This document shows positions 1 through 12,000 of a stretch of 64,000 bases of DNA, in pieces; position 1 is the first letter of the stretch, and the number at the start of each line of letters is the position of its first letter. A program made the translations under genes and the position numbers. Where the stretch lies: positions 124,001 through 188,000 of the forward strand of contig LSRY02000044.1 in the NCBI GenBank assembly GCA_001643675.2, read 5' to 3'. The notes beneath the pieces are model-generated. The model had not been told where the DNA came from and did no database searches. It was given only the letters and a program-made list of their open reading frames with translations. Source of the DNA: Monocercomonoides exilis PA203 (lineage: Eukaryota; Protista; Preaxostyla).

Positions 1-1
1 C

Positions 2-3000
2 TCTTCATCTTCCTCCTCTTCCTCTCCTTCACTCCATCTGCCTCAGTCATTACAAGCACAGCTCATCCGCACTGAGAATGCTCTTCTTTTGTTGCTCCAT
101 CTGATCTATGCGTGTCTTCCCCCAGCCACTCCCTTCGAGCGCATCAAGCAGCACACAGGCGACTCCACCTCTGCCTTTGGCATCTCCTTCTCCGCCTCCA
201 CAGCTCTGCCTGACTTGCACACCTATTTCCGAGTCGGGGACTATGGATTAGTTGAGGTTGTGCTCACCCACGCTGACTGCATCCAGTCGCTCCGTCTGCG
301 CATAGCAGACAAGCTGAAAGTGCCTCCGACAGACATCAAAGTCAACTACGGCGGGACCGACTACTCGTTCAGGAAGAACCTCCTTTTCGACTACTTCGGC
401 AGAGAGAACGTGGAGAAGCTGGAGATTGACGTTGCTGTGTATGATCGCAAGCCCCCTCTGGATCCACACGACCCACTTGCGTTTCCTGAGAAGTCCTATC
501 CACCTTCGTTCATCCTCTCTGAAGGCACAGAGCCGCAGGCGCTGTTTAGCAGCTCGGCGCATCTTTTGACCGATCTGATTGACTTGACGCCTGGCCTGAT
601 GAGTCTGTGCAGACACTTGTTCTTCTTCTTCCCGCCGGGCGAGGCACTCCGCCGCGAAATCTTCAGGGCAAAACAAGGCACAGACTGGACCCAGATCTTC
701 TGTGTGTCGTCGATCTACAGCCTCTACACTCAGAGCCAGCTGCAGGATGAGGCGAATGCTTTGCACATTTCTTCTTCTTCTTCTTCACAGTCATCTTCAT
801 CATCGTCATCCTCTTCTTCTTCTTCCTCTTTATCATCATCTTCTTCTTCTTCTTCAATGTCAATCAAACCAGAAATCTCCCAATCCAAATCCAAACATCA
901 GAAGCCCAACTCTTCTCTTCAGGCCTCGTGGCAGAGCAAACTGGAGATCGCTCTGAACGAAGTTGAGCAGCTGGTGAACCAGACGCAGCCACTCACTGAC
1001 TTCGACATGTTGGATGCTGATGTGTACAAAAAGCTCATCTGCTTCGTGAATGGGCCCGAATACACGCCGGATGACTTGCAGCACTGGAGATTCCGCTTCA
1101 TCGAGTCAGGAGGGCTCAGCTGTCTGCTCTCCATCCTCATCAACACTCCCATTCAGCCAGAACTTATCCCAGATGAATTCATGCAAAGCAGCAGCCAGGC
1201 ACTTGAATCGCATCGTTTGTCTTCTATGCCTTCTTCTATTTCTTCTTCGATGCCTTCTTCAATGTCTTCGTCTTCAGACAATTCAGCTGCTGCGTCAAAC
1301 AATTTGAACTCCTCAGCCATCAATCCTTACCCCCATCTCCCTCCTCGTCTGCTCTTCCTCCTTATGCGCATCGTATTTATGTTCATTTTGAACTCTTCAA
1401 CTTCTCCTTCTTCTGTGGCGTCAGTAGTAGCAGCTCAATATCCCTCATTCATCCGCCCGCCTGTTCTGATGGAGTATGTCACCACGTATGCGCTGAGTCA
1501 GTGTCCTGTCAGTTGCATCTGCACCACACCTGAAGTCGCTGCTCACCACACAAATGAAGAGCTTTTAGCGACAACTGCCTCCCTCAGCTCCCCAATTTCT
1601 CAAATCATTGTGTTCTTCACCCGCCTCTTGCAGCTGTATGCCCTCTTTGCCTGCCGCCTCACGATGAGCAACCCGTTTTTGAGTGCTCATCCGACATACA
1701 CAAAATTGTCTTCTGTTTCAGCGGGTGGATCAGTTCAGTCTCAAACAGCACCAAACATTCTGTCCTATTCGCCGTTTGCCACCAAGATGAGGGCAGATAA
1801 GATATCTGAGTATTCCTCTATCACTCCCATCAACGCTGAAGGGGAGCTTCGAGAATCAAGTTCCATTTCGATGAAGGAGCTGCTGTCGTCGTGGAGTGGA
1901 GAAAGAAACACGCTGAATACGCTCCTGACAGAAACACAAGAACAGTTTGAAGCGCTTTTCCAGAAGCCGAAGACTATCGCAAAGACGTTTGCGTATTATT
2001 TGTGGAGGAATAAAGAGAAGTCGCCAAATGCAGCTGAGGGGGATATAAACAAAGAAAGAGGTATTTATGTGAATTCTTATCAGCAGGGAGTAAACACTCA
2101 AAATTATACATTCGATGAAATGAGAGGAAATTTGTCGTTCATTACAGATCGATCAAACCTGTTTTCAAATCAATTTTGTGGAAGCAATTTTTCTTCTCTC
2201 AACAAAATGTTTCTTCGAAAAAAGTTTTTGAAGAAGTTAAATGGCAAAGAAGCAATACCTGCATTGGCAAAAACATCAACAAGTTCACGTTTCTTTGACA
2301 AGCTCAAGTCAACCCAGAATTTGAGTGTTAGCAGGCAATTGGAAAGCAGCCGTATTTTCGGAGCCGACGAAGGAGAGAACAACTTCAGGCAGATGAACTT
2401 GGATGATCTGAATATGAGTTCACAGGACATCCACAAATTCTCGTTGCTGCCTTCACGCGAACCAACACGAATCACACAGAGACTCGGAGCACAGCAGAAC
2501 AAGGACACCAAGGTGAATGTGAAAGTGGATGAGTTCTTCTCCTCGCTGCTGCCAGAAGAAATTGCGTTCCGTCTGATCTTTGCTTTTCTGGCGCGCTATC
2601 AAGTATGCCTATTTCCCTTGTTAATGAAACGTGAGGGGCATCCGTCGCTGTTTCTGCTGCTGAGTGGAAGCGGCAGAGCAGTCCATGATGAGAAGCCTGC
2701 TGAAAAAGAAGAAGGCAAACAAGAAAGAGACAGGCGGATGGAAGGAGCTATTCAATCACTGCTTAATCTGCTGAGCTCTGTTCCGTTAGCTGAAACAGAC
2801 GAATTTATCGCTGATTTGCAAAGAGCAATTTCATCAGGGAATTTTGAAGGGTTTGGAGAAAATGGCATCTCGTCGTCTGGATATGTGGTGTGTTCTGTGC
2901 TGGGGAAGATTGCTGAAGAGCTCATCCCAATCGAGTGCTCAAGCGGTTTTGGAGCAAAAATGCTGGAAAGATTCTTCAAAGTATTTATGCTTGCTCTCCG

Positions 3001-6000
3001 AGCGCAGCCGTCGCTCAAAGCAAGAGATGGCAATCCTCAGTATACTTTCAATTCTGCTCGCTTCTTGACAGTTTTCTCGCATCTTTTCGTGGACTGTGAA
3101 GAGATTTACGATAATTATTCGTCTTTTGAGCAACAGTCATCATCATCAGCAGCAGCATCATTGTTGATACAGAAGCAATCTGGAGAATTGAATGCTTCGT
3201 GGCTGAACAGAAATGCCCTATCAAGCTCCATGCAAATTGTGCCTTCTGTTTCTTCAGCTTCTTTCTCTGACCCTTCAAATCCAAACAGCAATTTGTTTGC
3301 TCGCTCTGCGGATTCTTCTTGCTCTTCTCTGTTGACACTTGCATCAGCAGTGCTGGTGGGGTTGCGAATGCTGGAGTGGGATTCGAACCCCGACGACGCT
3401 GAAATGGAGAGGAGTTTGAGAGAAAAAGAGCAATACATCAAGCTTGTTCTTGGAGGAAGTTCCTATTCTCAAATGTCCTCAGCTTCTGTCGCTCTGATTC
3501 CATTTATCATGTCTCGTATTCTGATCGATTTTGGAGACAAAAAATGTCCGATGCTTCCTCCTTATCTCATGGCGCAGTTCAGCCCCAGTTTAAGAGTGGT
3601 ACTACTTTCTCTTCTGGTTTCGCTTTGCCGCAACGATGCATTGCCTAACTCGCAGATTGTGCTGAGCATGCTGGTGCGACTGCAAGGCTTGGAGAACAAA
3701 AGAGTATTCCCCACATTCAACACCAATCCTTCGCAAACATCAAAGGCCACACTTGGTTACATGGGCATACGGAACAATGGGTCACTCTGCTATATGATTT
3801 CTGTGCTCATCCAGCTCTTTATGCACCCTCAGTTCCGTCTCATTGTGATGAAGTATTCTGGAGAGGAGTGCGGGGGATGGACAAGTCATAAGGAAGAGGC
3901 AACAAACAGCCATCATTCTGAAAATAGAGAAAGCCTTGTGCATTCGCATGACATGACATCGAACTTTGTTCATTTTGATCCAAATGCACCCGCTTATGGG
4001 TCGCTATCAGGCAGAGACCAGTCGACGTTTTTCTTGAAATCAAGTTTCAATCAGAACATTCCATATCAGCCAGCTGTGACATCTCAACAGCTCTACTCAT
4101 CTACTCATTTTGTTTCACACTTTGGTATGTCTTCACTGAGATCTTCCATTTCGTCAGTCGCAACCAGACACTCAAACAACCAAGGAAACAACGAGCCACC
4201 AGAATTCGCAAAGCGGAGGCAAAAGACGTGGGAAGAGCTGCGCTCGCTTTTCTGTGTTTTGGACGATGCGTCTGTTGAAGCAGCTGAGCTGAATGAGTTT
4301 CTGTCTGTCTTCGAGATGTATGACGGAGTCCCGCTGGATCCTTCTGTGCAGCAAGATGCGGTGGAGTTCTTCCTCTGCCTGATGGACCAAGCGCAGCAGC
4401 ATCTGAAAAAGATGAAGGCACCTGACGCTGTCGACAGGCTGTTTGGCGGTCTGTCGTGCGAGCAGCGCATTTGCGAAGCTGGCCATGTGAATACACAGGC
4501 AGACCATTGGATGACAGTTGGAGTGGAAGTGCTGGGGTATCAGTCGTTGGAGGATTCGCTCAGGGCACATGTTGAAGGAGACATCGTGGAGGATGCGATC
4601 TGCAGCAGTTGCGGAAAGAAGACAAAAATGGCTAAAAGGAGCCTGCTTCAGGAACTGCCGAATACGATTGTCTTTGGATTGAAGAGGTTCCAGTTTGACA
4701 GAACAAGACAACGATTTGTGAAAGTCAATGATCATTTTGAGTTTCCGTTAACAGATTTGGACATTGGACCGTTCATGAAAGAAGTTGTCAATGAAACCGA
4801 AAAAGGCATTCGAGATTCGGAAATGTATTCTCAAATAACTCGTGCAATTGAATTTTCAAAGAAAAATTCACCAGATAATCCTCATTCTCATCCATTTTTT
4901 GTGAACGGAACAGCAAAACGCGATTTTCCTGAGCTGAACCGTTCGTCTGATTATTACAAGTATGAGCTTGTTGGAGTTATATGCCATGATGGTGGCGCAG
5001 AAGGAGGGCATTATTATTCATTTGTGAAGGAGCGCTGCGCGCCCAATCGCTGGCTGTTGTTTAATGATGCATCTGTGAAGGAGATTGATCCCAGCTGCCT
5101 GGCAGAGTTCTGCTTTGGCGGGATTGGCGATGATCAGGAACTGCAAAAGATTTATGAGGGTGGTGCAATTTCTCTGGATGCTCTCTACAAAAGTTACAGT
5201 GCTTTCATGTTGTTTTACCAAAGAAAGAATCCACAAGATGATTGGGCGAAGGAGAAACAGGAGAAAAAGAAGCATGACGGTCTGTATAACCAGCTGCTGA
5301 GGAAATCTGGCAGATTAACACACGACGAGCTCATCAAACTCCCATTTCCTCCATCTTTTCCGTTGGATACTTTGTCAGAAATCTGCAACCCTTCAATGAA
5401 TATGGCCGGCTCTTCATCATTGCTCTCTATGGAACAGCTTGCACTGTCTCCACAGCTGCTGTCTATGAGTCCAATGTTCACCAGCTATTCTTCTTCACAG
5501 GCAACATTGATACATAATTCACAAATTTTGTCCAATCGTACAATTAGAATTCTTTCGGAAATGAACCGAGGAAAATTGCTGTTCAACAAAGAATTCTTTT
5601 CATTTGTGCAAACAATGTATTATTTTCTTGACTGTCCACACTTTGTGGATTCTCTGCAAAATGCGACAAAAATCAATGAAAATGCTTCCGCAGGTGGAGC
5701 ACCAACAGAAGCCGAACAAACCCAAATTGCACCTTTGCAACAGATGAGCCAATATTTTCTTTGCTTCGTGTGGCCTTCTTTTGTGTTCCACACAATGGGG
5801 CATTCGCGCAACATATCTGAAAGATTTGATGAATGGATCGTGCAGTTGGAGAGAATTATGCTCTGTTCGAGCCAAGTGGCCAGTTCATGGGTAAATTTGC
5901 AAATAAAACAGATGAAGAAAGATTTCACAAAAGAAGCACAAAAACTTATGAAGATGGAGAGCGAGTCAAGTGCAACTGCACTGGAACTTCTGGCAAGTTC

Positions 6001-9000
6001 GTCACCACGGCAGAAATGCGATAGCTCATCTGTTTTGAAGGCGTATTTGTTCTATGCAAACAACGAGAAGCTTCAAAGAGGATTTTTGCGAGTGATGCTG
6101 TGTGCATTGAAAGGGGTTGCATGGATCGTTGAGAATGCTATTTCCGGTTATAATGAAACGAGTGGAGATGGTTTCTCTTCAAACACGACTTCCATTGAAG
6201 AGATCATCAACAGATCTCCTCAATACATCAAAGACATAATAGGTATTTTACACTCCTTTTTCATGTCACTCCTGTTGAGCCTGAGCGGGATGCAGAAGAA
6301 GTTCAGATCCCTCACAGCTTTCTTCTTGCTTGTGCGAGATTGCTGTGCTTGCTCTCCACTGCTTGCCACAATCATTTTGGGATGTGGCTTTCCACAGCGC
6401 TGCTTCGATCTGCTGTGCCCAACGGAAGCTCCTCATTTTGGATGGTCTGAGAAAACAGCTGTAGTTCAGTCGAGAGACGGAAGCGTCGATTCTGTTGATG
6501 AGAACGTCCCTCCATTTGTGATATCCCAATCAGCAGCTCTGGGAAATGATGCAAATTCATCTTCTTCTTCATCATCTGCTCTGCCCAGTCAAAAGGACAG
6601 CAACAGAACTGCTGTCAATTTGGGTCCCTATGGATCACAAGCAACAACAGTTGTAGCAGCACAATCGATGTTACTCGCTCTTAATGCTTGTTTCCTTAAT
6701 GCATACTCTTCCACATCTTCAGAATGTATCAGGATTTTGGGACTGAAGCATTCAAATGAAGTTATGATACTGGAAAAAAGTGAAGAAGATGAGGATGAAG
6801 AAGATAAGGAAGCAACTGCTTTTGAAGAAAGGAAGAAACATCAAGAACAGCAAATGAGCGATCCCAATGAATTCGCTAACTTACAACATTCAAATGAAAA
6901 GATATCTTTGCTCAATGCTGCATGTAAGCTGCAAAATTCAGATGTTGACATTGAATCAAATGAATACAACCACTTTGTGAGTGCTTCTTATCTTCGGAAG
7001 CTTTTGATGATGACTCAACGATGGAACAGGCATGTATCGCTGTTTCTTTGTCTTTCTTCGTATGTTCCTTCTGTGCTTCCAGCAGATTGCCAATCAGAAA
7101 GTGAGGAATTTTCAAAAGCATCGAATTCTTTGGAACATACTCTATCATGTTTGTTGTCTCTTATATCATCTTCAAGGCAAAATAAGGAGCTGATGGAAGA
7201 TTCTGTTTCAATGTTTTTTGATCTAATTACAATGCAAACATTTGACGCTTCGAGCAACAAATATTCCTCTGATTATTTGCCAGCACAACCATTTGACGAC
7301 ATTAGGAAGCGCAAAATGATCCAATTTTTGCAGTTTGTAGCTCAGGATGATGTTATAAAGGAAGAGGCAACAATCTCCACTTGCTTAACTGCTCTGAATT
7401 GGTACTTGCGAAGATCGAAGCCTTTGGCATTGTTTATTGGAACCGGTGCAGACGATTGCGAAAATAAAGGATATGCATTTCGGCTCATTCTTCATTGTGC
7501 CATTCGGATCCAATCAAAACCACTTCGCGAGCTTGCTGTTCGGATTATACGGTTTGCATGCGTTCTTGATGAAAGGGATGTCTGTTTGATGAAGCCTCGT
7601 TATTGGTTGGCTTCTGATGCACCGCATCCTTTTGAATTGCCCTTGCCTCGCGTGTCAGAGTATTTGGCAAAAGCACCATTCTCGTACCGCATAAATTGCT
7701 TCCCTCTTTTGTCTTTTAATGGCGACCTGCGCTTGGGAGTTCAGAGAGTTGATGGTGAAGCAGTTTTGACTGCTAGAAGCATTGAGGAACGAGAACTGAA
7801 GAAGATTCAACTGTTCAACATCTCGTCATTTTTGTTAGGAAAACCACTTATTTTGTTGCGAGACGGTAAACTTCCGAAGCTGACTGATATTAAAAGAGAG
7901 GAAGATACAATGGAATTGGATTCGCTGTATATTCCACTATTTCCTGGAGAAGCGTTCTGTTATGACTGGACGATTGATATGCAACCGCACCAACTTGCAC
8001 CTCATCGAATTCCCCGTTATGAGTTCAATGAAAATTCAATTGGACTTTTCTCATACGCCAAATGGGATGATCCTTATCCCAACCGTGCATTTATTTCAAG
8101 TTTTATGTCAGAAGAGCGGAAAGATACGCCTCATCCGACTTCTTCTCAGTATTTATTTGTGGAAGATGCTTTGAAAAGTGAGAAGAACGAAATGGATCAA
8201 AATGCTGGAAGAATAAAGATAAAGAAAAAATCGAAAAACGATGAAAACGAGCTTGCCATTCAAAGAGAGGAAGGATTTGCTACTGTTAAAAAACACTCGC
8301 AAGCAACATTACTTGGCGTGATGATCGAAATGGTTGAATCTCAGTTCAATTCAGAGCTCTCTCATCTTCTTGAATTTCCTTGGGCAACAGTGAAAGAAGG
8401 AGAGATGCATAATGATGCGCAGAGCGGAGGGCAGCAGAATCATACGAGTTCATTTGGAGACACAGCCGGACTAGCATTTCAAAAGGCATCTTTTCCATCA
8501 CCTCTTTCTTTGCCATTTAGTACGCCAAAAGGAAAAGAAGATAAAATTCTGACAACTGATTTGACAAAATTCTCACTGGATAGCTTTTTTGCTTTGTTCA
8601 ATTGGCTTCTGATGACAAAGACATTGGAAGAATCTTCAAGCGGCTGCTCATCTGCCTGCTCTTCTGTTGCAGCTTGCTCATCCTCTTCAGCTTCATCTGA
8701 AAAAGTTCTCTCACAACCTCTGCTGTCTTTGGTTGATCCGAATCAATTCTCTGAGAACTTTTGCAGAGTTCTTGTTGAAGTTGCTGGATTTACGACAACT
8801 GACTACATGCGTCGGACGGACCTCAACCGTTTGGCAGCGATTCGCTTTATCTCTCGAATTGCTGTTCATGCACCAATATCAGAAAGGCTATGGAAATGCT
8901 TGATGGATCAGCAGTCGTTGCTATATCCGCTTGATTTACCTAAAGATAAGATTAAAGATTTGCGAATGAAGATGTTTTGTGATGAATTGTGCTACTCTTT

Positions 9001-12000
9001 CTTTTCGATGGTTCTCTTGCTTTGTGAGAGAAACCGCAAAGGATATGAACAGTTGTTCTCCTCTTTTGTTGCACTTGGCACTGCTCGTTCAATCCTTCTC
9101 GATAAAAATACCTTCCTTCGTTCGTCTCCTCTTTTGGCAATCCTTATTGCACAGTTTTGCTGTTTCGCTCCTCTTAATCATTATTATCTTTGCGATCTTC
9201 TCTTTGACGAGAAAGATGAAATTCCATTGAATAGCGAACTGGCAGCTTCGATTTTCCATTTGCTCTATTTTCCGCGACTCCTGCTGCCTAATAATTTTAA
9301 CCAACTACTTCAGTCAAATCCTTTATTGCTCTACAGAACTAACAAAATTAAATGTCTATTTGATTTATGCAATACTCCATTCAAGCCTTTTCCATTTCCT
9401 CGCAACTGCTTCCTTTCGTTGCATTCACTCACTTTTGTTGAGTCATCTTCACCTTCAGCTCAAAAACAGGAGCAGTCAAGAAAGTCTGGAACTGTTGCAG
9501 CAGTGATGAATGATGAAAGCATTGAAGCTGAATCAAAAGTGTCTCAAATGATGTTCTCTTCAATGAAGTCTGGCTTAACACTTGAATCTATTGGGAAAAG
9601 GCAGATGAGTTTGATAAATATGTGCATATCTTTCATGAAACTTGATGAACACATTACGAGCACAGTTTCTCTCATTCGTATTTCCAACGAATGGATTGAT
9701 GACTCATTCCTGAGAAAGATGGATTATCAGCATCTTCCTCTGACTCTGGCACTTGATGTTGTCGATGCTTTCATAACTGATTGGTTTCGGGATGGCATTG
9801 CTGGAAGCACATACGATCTGAGCGCTGTTCTGGCAAAGGAGTACAACAGTATTTTTGGTACTTATTCTCCAATCGAAGGAGAAAGAACAAAGCAATTGCG
9901 CTCCTTTGAAGAAGACTCAACAGATGCATTGGATGCTGGCTCAGCAGAATGGAGCGTGCAGAAGTCTGGTTTCACTACTCCACACAGCAACTTTAAGAGT
10001 CAAGAAGAGATTGTTCTGTATCTCAACACAATTGAGCATGCCGTTTATTTTCTGTCGACGTTGACATGCTGTGCTTTTCCTTTGTGTGTTCGTGTGAAGG
10101 CGCTGAGACTGATTGTAATGCTGCTTCCGATGATGAAGGAAGTTGAAAACCTCTGTGACGAGCATCTTCTGGATGCTCTGCTGGTATCTTTTAATTCTAT
10201 TTATACAAATGGAGCAAAATCCGAACGCAGTTTGAGTGGTGGAACTTTTATGTCAACATATGCACGAGAACAAAACTCACCAAACCCAGCAGCTTGCGAT
10301 AGATCAAATATTTTCTTCGCAAATTGTTTGCTTACGAATATGATTCTAGAATTTTCACCTGGAAGTGAGGACTGTATTCCATTTTCTTATCTCTACACTT
10401 CTCGAAATGTATCACAGCGAAATGCTTCTTCATCATCCTCATCTTCATCTTCATCTTTTGTCGCACCTTCAGTCAACAATGCTTTGGCTGAACTTTTCTG
10501 GCGTTGGCAGCTTTTCCTTGTTCTGTCCGTTCTTCATCTTTGCACAAACGTGTGTATCGCTCTTGATGGGATGCATGCCCAATTCGAAACTGTCACGCCA
10601 TCGCAGAAACCTGCAGTTATTTGCCCTCCGCAGTTTGATCAGCCACAAACAGAGCTGGACCGCCGCTTTTGGCTGAGGATTAAAATGATGAGGTTGACTG
10701 AAGTGACTCTGTTTGGGTTGTTCCACACGCATCCCATTACAACAATCGTAGGGCCTGTTCCTTGGAATCCTCTATTTGAGAACATTACAGATTTTGTTCA
10801 TTATCCGATTAAATGTGTTTCAGATCATATTATCAACAGGTTGTTTGAGGTTTTGAGCTTTTCAATGAGTGTTTTTGGAGCAGGAAGTGAGCAGTGCTAT
10901 GCCCCTGCAACTGCTTTGTTTGATCCTCTGCTCAATCATTTGATGATGAGACACCCTTCCATTTTGGCGAAAGCAATTCAAGAAAATACCATTTTCAACC
11001 TGTTTTCAAAGTATGTTTCACAAGTTGTTGCGTTTACTCCAACTGAAACATCATCTTATCTTCAAAAAGCATTTGCTCGTAATCTTGAAGATGTTTTGAA
11101 GGAAATAAATAACAATACTTCTTCCTTGTCTCCTGTTAGAGCCTATTCGCATCAGCATTCTCAATCGTTTTATTCATCAATACAAATACTGAAGTTGTTT
11201 AATCCATCAATATTGCCAGTGAAAGCAATAGTCGATGCTCACTTTGGTGATCTTTCAAACGCAGTAGGTGTGCTTTCTAAAGCATTAGCTTCTTATCCAA
11301 CAGAAATCAGAGAAGAATCAAGAGAAGACACCGCAAACATCAAGAAAGAAATCGAAGATGCGAAAAAAGTGTTAGCAGAATTCGCTGCAGTATGCCCCAG
11401 TTCGTTCGTTCCTCAAAACAGCACTTTTTCAGCACAAAAGAGTGAGTATCCTTTCGCATCATCGTCTTCGCAACAAAATTTCGCTTTCAATTCAACTTTT
11501 CAACAAATTCCAGGAAATGTGCAGCATTCTTATCAAACCGCATATCCTTCCAGTTCAGTTGCTGTAACACCCTCATCAGCTTCTCCTATGTTTCTTCAAC
11601 AGCCGGGCTCTGTAGTTGAACTGCCTCCACCCTTTTCATTTGGTGGTCGCGCAGAAACTTCATCAACTCCATCAACTTCTTCATCTCAGTTATCTTCGTC
11701 GATGATGCCTCCTCCAAACAAAGGCTCGCCATCTTCAACAGAAGCTCCTTTTTCTCGTTTACCAGCAAATACACACTCGGGTGCCGGGAGTAGCAGGATT
11801 GGTGAGCGTAAAGTGTTACCTCAAGCGCACAAACAGTCTGCGTCATCTTCATCTTCACTGCGCAAATCTCAAGTTCTTTCGAAGCCAAAGACTCCAATCA
11901 CATTCAAAGCATTCAATCCGTTGGAAAATACTTCTTCTAATTCAATTTCAAGAGCTGCTCCACCGACAACATTTTCAGGTTCCTCTCTTGCTCCGTTAAC